A DNA stretch of 64,000 nt. Source: Candidatus Eremiobacteria bacterium (GTDB lineage: Bacteria > Vulcanimicrobiota > Vulcanimicrobiia > Vulcanimicrobiales > Vulcanimicrobiaceae). Positions 30,191 to 39,296 of this stretch are shown in pieces. Made by a program: the position numbers and the translations under genes. The notes under the pieces are model-generated. The model saw only the letters and a program-made list of their open reading frames with translations. It was not told the origin of the DNA and ran no database searches. The DNA lies in the NCBI GenBank assembly GCA_963758295.1, contig CAVWUU010000001.1, positions 160,001-224,000 on the forward strand, read 5' to 3'. Position 1 is the first letter of the stretch, and each line of letters begins with the position of its first letter.

Positions 30191-30315
30191 CCGAAGCCGG
30201 CTGCACGGCCGTCATCGCACCCGGCGGATCGGTTCGAGACGGAGAAGTCATCGCGGCTGCCGATCGCCTTGGCGTCTCGCTCGTATTCTCGAACTACCGA
30301 TATTTCCTACACTAA
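30191..30315 (+). pseudogene. Duplicated purH 3' fragment (repeat A, copy 2)
   Basis: Encodes [40 protein letters not shown] with no start codon. Confidence 0.88.
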
Positions 30316-30353
30316 GAGTGTTCTGCAGGGCACGGGCATAATGCTGTGACCCT

Positions 30354-30791
30354 TTAAGCGTACACCTTGTGGCTTGCGATCGAACTGTATTGGCCGACAA
30401 TAAGTTGCGTTTCGATCAGTTCTTTATTCTCGCCGGTTAGCAGTGTCAATGCGTACTTACCGGGCCGCGAAAAGACTACATTCTCTAAATCAACACCGTG
30501 AATAAAAAAATCCCCATCCGGCAGTATCGGCGGACAATGCAAACGCTGATCGTCCGTTTCAGGACACGAAACAAGCAAATCGATGCTCGTCGCGCCTTCG
30601 ACTTCCGCCCACGTAGACGCCAAGTACAATGACGTACGGTCAGAGCGCTTGCTGCTATGAGGCGGGAACGCCGATGTTCCTAAATCGCGAAGGCGGCTTG
30701 GAAATCTTGTCAGCCGGAGTCGTTCGACAACACCTAGCCAGTCGGCCGAAGTCTCGTTGACAACAACTTTTTGGCAAATGGCGAACCGCAT
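30354..30791 (-). CDS. Hypothetical beta-sandwich protein (DUF6941-like pattern)
   Basis: MRFAICQKV...FP...VVFSRPGKYALTL. Starts 4 bp after the upstream gene's stop. Region is AT-richer. Confidence 0.55.
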   Translation of the reverse strand: MRFAICQKVVVNETSADWLGVVERLRLTRFPSRLRDLGTSAFPPHSSKRSDRTSLYLASTWAEVEGATSIDLLVSCPETDDQRLHCPPILPDGDFFIHGVDLENVVFSRPGKYALTLLTGENKELIETQLIVGQYSSIASHKVYA

Positions 30792-30795
30792 AGCT

Positions 30796-31080
30796 TCACA
30801 GGGCGATCCGCCGCTTAGGGAGGTCTTCGCCCTTAATCGCGGCAACCGCAAAAATGACCGTTCCGACTACGAGCGCCACATTCCCAACGGACAGAAATCT
30901 GGAATCGCGCATTGCGACCGTTGCCAGGACGCTGGCTGTTATCCCGAAAAGCCAAACTATGTACGATGCTTTAACCAGCAAAGACGTTGGTGGAATGGAT
31001 CTCCAGCCCCTGAAGAGCAGAAGCGAGATACAAAGCTGAGCAGCCATCATCGCAAAGTGGCTGGAGTCCAAATGGACCAT
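30796..31080 (-). CDS. Hypothetical three-TM membrane protein
   Basis: GAGG SD before ATG 31080, and three hydrophobic segments. Confidence 0.55.
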   Translation of the reverse strand: MVHLDSSHFAMMAAQLCISLLLFRGWRSIPPTSLLVKASYIVWLFGITASVLATVAMRDSRFLSVGNVALVVGTVIFAVAAIKGEDLPKRRIAL

Positions 31081-31555
31081 TGTTACCTCGGGCAACTGAG
31101 AAAAATAGCTAGTGCCTGATCTGGTTGCGCGAGTTATCGCTGAAGTCTTGCGGTGTCGCTCCAGGAATATACATTACGTCTCCTTAGTTCTTAGGTGCGT
31201 CCATGCAACGGGATTAAACTCTTCGAGTTTCCACATCCCCGCAATGGCTTATCGCTTCCAAGAATTAGTTTGCAATAGCCGGGTCTTGAGACAAAGTACC
31301 TGATACTACCGCTACCCGGAAAGATTCTTTGACGTATTGCGTCCGAGCTCACGTGAAAAGTGGCCGGCGATTATGGATCGCTGCGCCATGAGCGTCATGG
31401 CGTTCATGCTGAGTCTGTGTGAGCGAAGCTCGTTCGCGGAAGAGCCTCGGCTCAATGAACGTGCGGCACCATCAGGAGCCGTATGGCGAGCCAATTGAAA
31501 ATGCTTGATCGCGCGATCTCGCACTCGGCATTCCGTGAGCCCACTGTCACGGGAA

Positions 31556-31594
31556 TGCCGCTCGATGAGGTGCGCCGGTCGCAGGATGGGTAAA
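31556..31594 (+). repeat. Direct repeat B, copy 2
   Basis: tgccgctcgatgaggtgcgccggtcgcaggatgggtaaa. Confidence 0.9.
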
Positions 31595-31602
31595 TCCCTA
31601 GT

Positions 31603-32004
31603 ATGCCGAGCTTCTTGCATACGTCTATTTTCGTTAACGACATGAATGAATCGATCGGATTCTATCGCGACAAATTAGGATTGAAACTCCTGGACGGCCC
31701 ATTCCACTATCCCGGAAATGCCGACATGGCGTTCGTCGGCAACGATTGGAATTCGTATATCGAGCTGGTGTACGACTTGGAAGAGCACCCGCCGTACGAG
31801 CTGGGAAACCGGTACGAACATCTAGCCCTCGTTTCGGACGGCGATCTCAAAGAGTACGTTGATGAATTGAAACGCAAAGGCGTAAAGATTCTCAAGGACG
31901 TCTACAAGTCGCCCGGCGGAACGCGCGCGATCGCCTTCATCGAAGATCCCAACGGCATCCCGGTTGAATTGCTGGAGCCGCGAAAAGCGAAGTCGCTCGC
32001 TTAG
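31603..32004 (+). CDS. VOC/glyoxalase family protein (lactoylglutathione lyase-like)
   Basis: FLHTSIFV, FYRDKLG, IELVY, YEHLAL, FIEDPNGIPVEL. Confidence 0.88.
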   Translation: MPSFLHTSIFVNDMNESIGFYRDKLGLKLLDGPFHYPGNADMAFVGNDWNSYIELVYDLEEHPPYELGNRYEHLALVSDGDLKEYVDELKRKGVKILKDVYKSPGGTRAIAFIEDPNGIPVELLEPRKAKSLA

Positions 32005-32270
32005 TGCGGCGCCCCGCGCCGCTCGTTAACGATGATGTATGCAAGGATCGTTGCGGAAACGAGCGTCAGCCACAAGTTCGTAAGCGCGACCGGGATGGAA
32101 TGGATCGCGAAGGCGTAGGGCACGTAGAGCAACGAGCCAAGCGCAATCAACCCATAAGTCCACTTTGAGAGATCCGCCGTGTCCCGCGTACGGACGACTT
32201 TCAGCAGTTGCGGAATCTGCGTGACGGCGACGATCAGCGTCGCCGCGTAGCCAAGAAGCTCGATGCCCAT
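32001..32270 (-). CDS. SemiSWEET/PQ-loop transporter
   Basis: IPQLLKVVRTRDTADLS, three TM helices, 89 aa. Confidence 0.82.
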   Translation of the reverse strand: MGIELLGYAATLIVAVTQIPQLLKVVRTRDTADLSKWTYGLIALGSLLYVPYAFAIHSIPVALTNLWLTLVSATILAYIIVNERRGAPH

Positions 32271-32353
32271 CGACCGCTTTTTCCCGCCCGGCAAGCGACC
32301 TATATCGCAGGGCTCTAGGATTCGCCTCCGGCCTTTAGAACCAGGCTCAGGCC

Positions 32354-33625
32354 ATGCCGTCCAAGATAACCGCGCCGCGCGGCACGCAAGACATTCTGCC
32401 GCCGCAGTCGGCACAGTGGCACGCGCTCGAAACTCGCATTCACGAGCTTGCGCGCCGCTCCGGCTATAGCGAAATCCGAACGCCGACTTTCGAGTCGACG
32501 GATCTCTTCGTGCGCGGCGTCGGCGAGACGACCGACATCGTCGAAAAAGAAATGTACACGTTCGTCGACAAAGGCGATCGCAGCATGACGCTGCGCCCGG
32601 AGTGGACGGCGCCGGTCGTACGTGCCGCGTTGGAACACAACCTCTTCACGCAAGGACCTCAGCGGCTGTATTACATCGGGCCGATCTACCGCTACGAGCG
32701 GCCGCAAAAAGGCCGCTACCGGCAAGCGCATCAGTTCGGCGTGGAATGCACCGGATATCAAGGTCCCGAAGCCGATTTGGAAGTGATTGCGCTCGCGTGG
32801 GAACTGGTGCGGAGCTGCCACATCAACGACGCCGTGCTGAATGTCAATTCCATCGGCGACGACGTTTGCCGTCCGCGCTATCGTGAGGCTTTGCTCGAGC
32901 ACTTCCGGCCGCATCTTGCCGAGCTTTCGGAGGATTCGCAACGCCGCCTGGAACGCAATCCGTTGCGTTTGCTCGACAGTAAAGATGAAAAGGACCGGCG
33001 GTTCGTCGAGACCGCGCCGACGTTTGAATCGGTGCTGTGCGACGATTGCCGCGCCCACTTTGAAACGTTGAAAGCCTACCTCGACGCGGTCGGCATCCCG
33101 TACGTCGTAAACTCGCGGATCGTGCGCGGCTTGGATTATTACACCCGCACGGTTTTCGAGATCGTATCGAGCGCGCTCGGCGCGCAGTCGACCGTTTGCG
33201 GCGGCGGGCGGTACGACGGCCTCGTGCGATCGCTCGGCGGTCCCGACGTGCCGGCGGTCGGCTTCGCTCTGGGGATCGAACGGTTCTTGATGATGCTCGA
33301 AGCCCTTAGTACAGAGCCGGCCGGGGCTCGCAGCGGCGTGCAGGCGATCGCATTGGGTGCGCAGGCACGCGCCGTTTTGGTTCCGCTGGTGGCCCGCTGG
33401 CGCCGCGAGCTTCGTCAGCCGGTCTTCATGGATTTCGAGGAACGCAAGGTTCCGGCGCAATTCAAGATTGCCGACCGGAACGGCGCCCGTTACGCGGCGA
33501 TCCTCGGTTCGAACGAAATTGCAGCGGGCGAGCTGATCTTACGCGATTTGGAAACGCGCACCGAACGCCGCCTGGCGCTCGAGGGAGCAGACCTTGCGGC
33601 TGAGCTTGGCGAAGGCAACGCATAA
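32354..33625 (+). CDS. hisS: Histidine--tRNA ligase
   Basis: PRGTQD, LRPEWT, YERPQKGRYR, RGLDYY, GGGRYDGL. Confidence 0.96.
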   Translation: MPSKITAPRGTQDILPPQSAQWHALETRIHELARRSGYSEIRTPTFESTDLFVRGVGETTDIVEKEMYTFVDKGDRSMTLRPEWTAPVVRAALEHNLFTQGPQRLYYIGPIYRYERPQKGRYRQAHQFGVECTGYQGPEADLEVIALAWELVRSCHINDAVLNVNSIGDDVCRPRYREALLEHFRPHLAELSEDSQRRLERNPLRLLDSKDEKDRRFVETAPTFESVLCDDCRAHFETLKAYLDAVGIPYVVNSRIVRGLDYYTRTVFEIVSSALGAQSTVCGGGRYDGLVRSLGGPDVPAVGFALGIERFLMMLEALSTEPAGARSGVQAIALGAQARAVLVPLVARWRRELRQPVFMDFEERKVPAQFKIADRNGARYAAILGSNEIAAGELILRDLETRTERRLALEGADLAAELGEGNA

Positions 33626-33627
33626 AC

Positions 33628-34089
33628 ATGGCACACGAAGAAGAACACGAGACGATCTCGTCGCTGCTCGAAATCATGCACGAGCACGATCTCGACCGGA
33701 TCAAAGTCAAAATGGGCGATGCGGTGTACGAGCTGGTACGTCGCGAAGCGGGCGCTCAGCTCGTCGCGCCGATGCATGCGGTCACGCAGGCTGCCTCTAC
33801 GGCAGCGGCAGCGGCCGCACCGGAACCCGGGGCCGCTGCCTTGCCCGCAAATGCCAAACGTATCACCGCTCCGCTCACGGGCGTTTTCTATCGCTCGTCG
33901 TCGCCCGATGCCGAGCCGTTCGTGAGCGCTGGTTCACGCGTCGAGAACGGCGATGTGCTGTGCATCTTGGAAGCGATGAAACTTTTCAACGAAATCCAAA
34001 GCGACTACAGCGGCACGATCTTGCGCATTTTTCCTGAAAACGGGGAACTCGTCTCCCAAGGCGAGGATCTCTTCTGGGTTCAACCGTGA
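33628..34089 (+). CDS. accB: Biotin carboxyl carrier protein
   Basis: Ala-rich linker, APLTGVFYR, EAMKLFNEI. Confidence 0.92.
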   Translation: MAHEEEHETISSLLEIMHEHDLDRIKVKMGDAVYELVRREAGAQLVAPMHAVTQAASTAAAAAAPEPGAAALPANAKRITAPLTGVFYRSSSPDAEPFVSAGSRVENGDVLCILEAMKLFNEIQSDYSGTILRIFPENGELVSQGEDLFWVQP

Positions 34090-34679
34090 TCGACGTCAAA
34101 GGCAAGCGCGGCTTCGCGGAGTTGATCGCCGAGCGGCGGAATCTTCTCGATGCGCCGCACTATCAGACGCAGGTGGAAGCCATCGCCGATGCGCTCGTCG
34201 AGGCGTTGCGCGCGAACAAAAAGGTGCTTTGGTGCGGAAATGGCGGAAGCGCCGCCGAGGCGCAGCATATGGCCGCGGAGCTTTCCGGCCGGTTCTTACG
34301 CGAACGCCCGGGCCTTTATAGCGAAGCGCTTTCCGTAAATACCTCGACCCTCACCTGCGTGGGCAACGATTACGGCTATGACTACATCTTCTCGCGTCAA
34401 GTCGAAGCGTTTGCCCAGCCGGGCGACGTCCTTATCGGCATGACGACGAGCGGCACGTCGAAGAACGTGGTGCTCGCGCTGGAAGCCGCAAAGAAAAAGG
34501 GCGCGATTACCGTGGCCTTCACCGGCAACGGGGGCGGAACAGTCGCGGAAATTTCCGATCTCGTCCTGATGGGACCGGACGGCTATGCGGCCATCGTTCA
34601 AGAGGTGCATCAGGTCATGGCGCACATCGTCTGCGACCTGGTCGAACAGCGCCTCATATTCGAGGACGGCATCGCGTGA
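34086..34679 (+). CDS. gmhA: D-sedoheptulose 7-phosphate isomerase
   Basis: CGNGGSAAEAQH, NDYGY, TTSGTS, QEVH. Confidence 0.92.
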   Translation: MIDVKGKRGFAELIAERRNLLDAPHYQTQVEAIADALVEALRANKKVLWCGNGGSAAEAQHMAAELSGRFLRERPGLYSEALSVNTSTLTCVGNDYGYDYIFSRQVEAFAQPGDVLIGMTTSGTSKNVVLALEAAKKKGAITVAFTGNGGGTVAEISDLVLMGPDGYAAIVQEVHQVMAHIVCDLVEQRLIFEDGIA

Positions 34680-35662
34680 GCGCACCGGTCCTAATGGCAA
34701 ACGACGCGCGGACGCTGTTCGAGCGCATGCGCGGCCGCCGCATTCTCGTCGTCGGCGATCTGATGATCGACGAATGGATTTGGGGAAGCGTCAGCCGCAT
34801 TTCGCCCGAGGCGCCGGTTCCGGTGGTCGCGGTGACGGATCATTCGTTTACGCTCGGCGGCGCGGGAAACGTTGCCAACAATCTTCGCGCGCTCGATGCC
34901 GAGGTGGATTTCGTGGGCACGATCGGTGACGATGCGTTCGCCGCCGACGTGCGCCGCATGCTGCAGGCCGAAAACGTGGGCCATACCGGCGTTTTCGCGG
35001 TCGGCGACCGGCCGACGACGCGCAAGACGCGCATCGTTGCACACAACCAGCAAGTCGTGCGTGCCGATTGGGAATCGAGTAAAGCCTTACGCAACGGCGA
35101 CCGCGAGCGCATCGTTGCCTACGTACGCGACCGCGCGGCCCAATGCGACGCCGTTATTTTAAGCGACTACGCCAAAGGACTGCTTTCGCGCGATATCGTC
35201 GAGGCTGCCTCGGCTTGCGCCCTCGTACTGGCCGATCCGAAGCCGCAAAACATCGACTTATTCTCGGGCGTAACGTGTCTCGCGCCGAACGTGCACGAGG
35301 CGAGCGCCGCCAGCGGCATTCAAATCGTTGACAACGACTCGTTGCGTCGCGCCGGTGCGCGTTTGCTCGAGCGGTTGCAGTGCCGCTACATCGTCATTAC
35401 TCGCGGCGAACACGGCATGTCGCTCTTTGGACGCGACGGCGAACGCTTCGACATTCCGTCGGTTGCGCGCAAGGTGTTCGACGTTTCCGGTGCAGGCGAT
35501 ACGGTTATCGCCGTGCTTTCGCTGGCGCTTGCGGCCGGCGCATCGGTCGAGCGCGCAATGCAGCTTGCCAATTTCGCAGCCGGAGCAGTCGTCGAAAAGC
35601 TCGGAACGGCAACGGCATCGGCGGAAGAAATCTTGTCCCTGGTCGAGCATGGACACGCCTAA
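34676..35662 (+). CDS. rfaE1: D-glycero-D-manno-heptose 7-phosphate kinase (HldE kinase half)
   Basis: GDLMID, RISPEAPVPV, SDYAKG, DVSGAGDT. Confidence 0.9.
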   Translation: MSAPVLMANDARTLFERMRGRRILVVGDLMIDEWIWGSVSRISPEAPVPVVAVTDHSFTLGGAGNVANNLRALDAEVDFVGTIGDDAFAADVRRMLQAENVGHTGVFAVGDRPTTRKTRIVAHNQQVVRADWESSKALRNGDRERIVAYVRDRAAQCDAVILSDYAKGLLSRDIVEAASACALVLADPKPQNIDLFSGVTCLAPNVHEASAASGIQIVDNDSLRRAGARLLERLQCRYIVITRGEHGMSLFGRDGERFDIPSVARKVFDVSGAGDTVIAVLSLALAAGASVERAMQLANFAAGAVVEKLGTATASAEEILSLVEHGHA

Positions 35663-36146
35663 GTTCTTCGGCAATATATTCCAGGCCGAGGCCGCGGTCG
35701 AGTGGCGCGAAGCACAGGGCGCCGAAGGCCATCGCGTAGTCTTTACCAACGGCTGTTTCGACGTAATGCATGCGGGACACGCCGGCTATCTCGCGTGGGC
35801 GCGATCGCAGGGAGACGTGCTGATCGTGGGCCTGAACTCCGACGCTTCCGTGCGCCAACTCAAAGGCGAACGCCGTCCTCTCGTTCCGTTCGAAGATCGC
35901 GCGACGCTGCTTGCGGCGCTGCGAAGCGTCGACGCCGTCGTCGGATTTTCAGAACGCACGCCGGAGTCGATCATCGACCGCATCAAGCCCGACGTTTTCG
36001 TAAAGAGCGCGCAGTACCGCGAAGACGAGCTTCCCGAACGGACCGTCGTGCGCAAACACGGTGGTGAAATTCTGCTGGCTCCGCATCTCGCAGGCCATAG
36101 CACGACCGACATCATCGCGGAGATCATCTCCCGCTACGGGGCATAA
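35649..36146 (+). CDS. rfaE2: D-glycero-D-manno-heptose 1-phosphate adenylyltransferase (HldE second half)
   Basis: VFTNGCFDVMHAGH, GLNSDASVRQLKG, STTDII. Confidence 0.9.
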   Translation: MDTPKFFGNIFQAEAAVEWREAQGAEGHRVVFTNGCFDVMHAGHAGYLAWARSQGDVLIVGLNSDASVRQLKGERRPLVPFEDRATLLAALRSVDAVVGFSERTPESIIDRIKPDVFVKSAQYREDELPERTVVRKHGGEILLAPHLAGHSTTDIIAEIISRYGA

Positions 36147-36149
36147 GCC

Positions 36150-37367
36150 GTGCGAATCGCGCTGACGGCAAACGGACCGGGCGAAGTCGCCGGGTGGGTA
36201 CGGCCGCTGGTTCGCCGCCTCTACGAACGCGCGCCCGATACCGACATCTATTTATTTCTCGTTCCCGACGATTACGCGACCGGTCACGAGGCCGAAATGG
36301 CGCGCCGGCTTTTTCCGAGCGCCCATGTTTTTGATCCTAAAGCCTATGTTCGCGTTGCGCTCGGGCGAAGCGCGGAGAACTTGCCGCAAAACGTGGACGT
36401 AGTCCAGTATCTGGGCGGCGATTTGATGCATGCCATGCGGCTGCACGGCCGTTTCGGCGGCGCCGCCTCGACGTACAAATTCTCCAAGCAGTCGTACTCG
36501 CCGAAGTGGCAACGGGCGTTCGCCGTTGACTGGAAAAGCGTCGAACAACTGCGCGGTTGGAAAGTTCCCGAAGAGCGCATCATAACGGTCGGCAACCTCG
36601 CGATCGATGGAGCGTTACTTGAAGCGCAAGCGCCGCTCGAAGAAGGCGCGCCTCAGGACGGCATTTTGGTGATGCCCGGTTCGCGCACGTACGAAGTGGA
36701 GCACATGATCCCGTTTTTCTTCACGGCCGCGTTGCGCATCGTGCAAGAACGCCCCGGCACACCCATTGCTTTTGGGATTTCGCCATTTACGCCGCTGCGC
36801 GACGTACGAAAGGCTGTCGAACGCGGCGGCGATTCGCGCGTGTTCGCGCAACGTGGCCGATTGGTCGAGGAGAACGGGCGCGCCTGGCTCGTTTCGCTCG
36901 ACGGCAGCGCGCGATTTCCCGTGTTGCACAATGCGCTTGCCGCGGCGACACGCGCGCGATTGGTGCTCACTCTGCCGGGAACGAAGTGCATCGAACTGGC
37001 GATTCTGGGCGTCCCGATGGTTGCCATTACGCCGTTGAACGCTCCGGAGAAGATCGCGTTCAACGGGCCGCTGACCTATCTCGATCGCATTCCGTTTGTC
37101 GGCGTGCCGTTGAAGCGCAACGTCGCGGTGGCGGTCTCCAAACGCTTCAAGTACCACACGCAGCCGAACATCGATGCCGGCGCCATGGTTATCGAAGAAC
37201 TCCACGGAACGCTCACGCCCGGGCGCGTTGCGCGCGTCGCATTAGAGCGCTTCGACGATGCGGATTGGCTTGCGCTGTCTAAGAAGCGGCTGGCCTCGCT
37301 GTACGAAAGTCACGTGGGGGCGGCAGACCGCATGGCCGAATCGCTTCTCGAACTCGGCGGTTCATAG
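36150..37367 (+). CDS. LpxB-like GT-B protein (lipid A disaccharide synthase-related)
   Basis: ANGPGEVAGW, VGNL, MPGSR..EV, GTKCIELAILGVPMV, in an LPS gene context. Confidence 0.65.
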   Translation: MRIALTANGPGEVAGWVRPLVRRLYERAPDTDIYLFLVPDDYATGHEAEMARRLFPSAHVFDPKAYVRVALGRSAENLPQNVDVVQYLGGDLMHAMRLHGRFGGAASTYKFSKQSYSPKWQRAFAVDWKSVEQLRGWKVPEERIITVGNLAIDGALLEAQAPLEEGAPQDGILVMPGSRTYEVEHMIPFFFTAALRIVQERPGTPIAFGISPFTPLRDVRKAVERGGDSRVFAQRGRLVEENGRAWLVSLDGSARFPVLHNALAAATRARLVLTLPGTKCIELAILGVPMVAITPLNAPEKIAFNGPLTYLDRIPFVGVPLKRNVAVAVSKRFKYHTQPNIDAGAMVIEELHGTLTPGRVARVALERFDDADWLALSKKRLASLYESHVGAADRMAESLLELGGS

Positions 37368-37372
37368 AAGAT

Positions 37373-38248
37373 ATGCGAATCTCGATCGTGATTGCGACCA
37401 AAGACCGGCAACGGTACCTCGAGCGCGCGCTTGCATCGCTCGAGGCGCAGGCCGGCGCGCCGTCGTTCGAGGTTATCGTCGTCGACAACGGATCCGGCGA
37501 CGACACCAAAGGCGTTACCGAACGGCAAGCCGCTCGAGGTGCCTTTCCGGTAAACTACGTCTTGGAGCCCGAGCCAAATCGCGGCAAGGCCCGCAATCGC
37601 GGCGTAGCGACCGCCTCGGGATATCTCGTGTTGTTCTGCGACGACGACGTGCAATTGCCGCCGGGCTTTCTTGCGGCGCATGAGGCGGCGCACTCTACTT
37701 CCAACTTGGTCGTGAACGGGCCGATTTTGAACGTCGAATCGTATGACGACCAGCCCAAACCGGTCGCCGGGAACTATTCCCGTGCGTTTCTATGCACGTG
37801 CAACGTGTCGGTCCCCAAACACGCCCTCGACGCAGTCGGCGCGTTCGACGAATCCTTCGATCTCTACGGATGGGAAGACACCGAGCTCGGCGTCCGTTTG
37901 CGCGAGCACGGCATGCGGTGGAAATTTGCGTGGGACGCGTATTTGTGGCACATCAAGCCGCCGACGGAAAACACGCTCGAACTTGAAACGCGGAAAGCGC
38001 TCGAAAAAGCGCGCATGGCGCGCCATTTCCTCGAGAAGCAGCCGTCGCCGCGGGCTCGTATGGCGACGGGTGCACACGGCATGAACTTGTTGCGTGGGCG
38101 TTATTTGCTGCCTGATTCGCTGCTCGCCGTTTACGCCGGAATTGCCACTGCTGAAAAGGCACCGGCGGCGCTACGCGCGCTTGCGCGCGCACAATTTCTC
38201 GACGGCATGTATACGCGCGAGTTAATCCGCGTGCTCGACGAAAAATGA
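37373..38248 (+). CDS. Glycosyltransferase family 2
   Basis: ISIVIAT, VDNGSGD, FCDDD, YGWED. Confidence 0.9.
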   Translation: MRISIVIATKDRQRYLERALASLEAQAGAPSFEVIVVDNGSGDDTKGVTERQAARGAFPVNYVLEPEPNRGKARNRGVATASGYLVLFCDDDVQLPPGFLAAHEAAHSTSNLVVNGPILNVESYDDQPKPVAGNYSRAFLCTCNVSVPKHALDAVGAFDESFDLYGWEDTELGVRLREHGMRWKFAWDAYLWHIKPPTENTLELETRKALEKARMARHFLEKQPSPRARMATGAHGMNLLRGRYLLPDSLLAVYAGIATAEKAPAALRALARAQFLDGMYTRELIRVLDEK

Positions 38249-39285
38249 CCGGCGGCGCACGGGCGCTCTTGTATTGCGCGGGCGGCGGGATCGGCGATTC
38301 GCTCGTTGCCTCGGTCGTGGCTCGTGCGTTGCACGAACGCTACGAGCACGTGGACGCGCTGACGTTGCCCGGCCACCGCGCAACGCTCGAACGCGTCCCT
38401 GACCTCAGCGAAGTGCTCGTCGACAATGGCGGAGATGCGGACGCGCTGGCTGCGCATCTGCGCAAGCGGCGATACGATGCCTGCGTTGTCACCTGGGCCA
38501 CGTCGCGCACCGCGCGGGTCGCGCAGCTTGCGGGCATTCCGCTGCGCGTGGGTCAAGCGGGGCGGCTCTATTCATTCCGCTTCACCAATCGCGTCCTGGT
38601 GCGAAGCGAACGGGGCGACGTAACGTCGCATTGGAGCGACATTCTGCTCGACTATGCGCGTGCGATCGGATGCGACACGGCCGACCGCGGGCCGCAGTTC
38701 GTTCCCACGCCGCACGATGAAGACGAAGCGAACGCGTTGCTTCGCGAGCTTCGAATTGCACCGGCAAACTTCACGATTCTGCATCCGACCAACGCGATCG
38801 CGCCAAAGCGCGGCATTTGGCCGCTCGCCGGGTGGGCGAAACTTGCGCGCGCCATGCAGGAACGCTTCCGCAGTTCCGTGTTGCTCACCGGATCGAAGGA
38901 CGACGAACAGATCAATGCCGGCATTCTTCGTGAAGCAGGCGTGGACGGCGTCATCGACATTGCGGGGAAAACGGGCATCGGGGCTTTCGGCGCGCTTGCG
39001 AAGCAGGCTCGCGTGTTCGCCGGAATCACGACCGGTTCCATGCACGTGGCCGCTGCAGCGGGCGCACCGACCGTAGGCATTTTCCCGTATCAAACGGACT
39101 TTCCGGAACGTTGGGCTCCAATTGGTACGCGTACCGCAGTCGTCCGCGCCTCGTATCCGTGCCACCCGGGCGATACGAAGGAAACCTGTCCCGACTATGC
39201 CTGTATAGCTAACCTTGACGTTCCCCGCGTGCTGGCGGCGGCAGAGTCGTTGTTGACGCCCGCATCGAGCGGCGCCGGTTTGTAG
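38245..39285 (+). CDS. Glycosyltransferase family 9 (heptosyltransferase-like)
   Basis: GIGD, TGSMHVAAAAGAPTVGIF, RWAP. Confidence 0.88.
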   Translation: MTGGARALLYCAGGGIGDSLVASVVARALHERYEHVDALTLPGHRATLERVPDLSEVLVDNGGDADALAAHLRKRRYDACVVTWATSRTARVAQLAGIPLRVGQAGRLYSFRFTNRVLVRSERGDVTSHWSDILLDYARAIGCDTADRGPQFVPTPHDEDEANALLRELRIAPANFTILHPTNAIAPKRGIWPLAGWAKLARAMQERFRSSVLLTGSKDDEQINAGILREAGVDGVIDIAGKTGIGAFGALAKQARVFAGITTGSMHVAAAAGAPTVGIFPYQTDFPERWAPIGTRTAVVRASYPCHPGDTKETCPDYACIANLDVPRVLAAAESLLTPASSGAGL

Positions 39286-39296
39286 GAGAAGCTCCT

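Noticed and set aside
30151..31594. Prophage, IS element or CRISPR array bounded by the 39-bp repeats
   Set aside because: Only two copies, both gene-end sequence. No integrase, transposase, terminal inverted repeats, spacers or cas genes.
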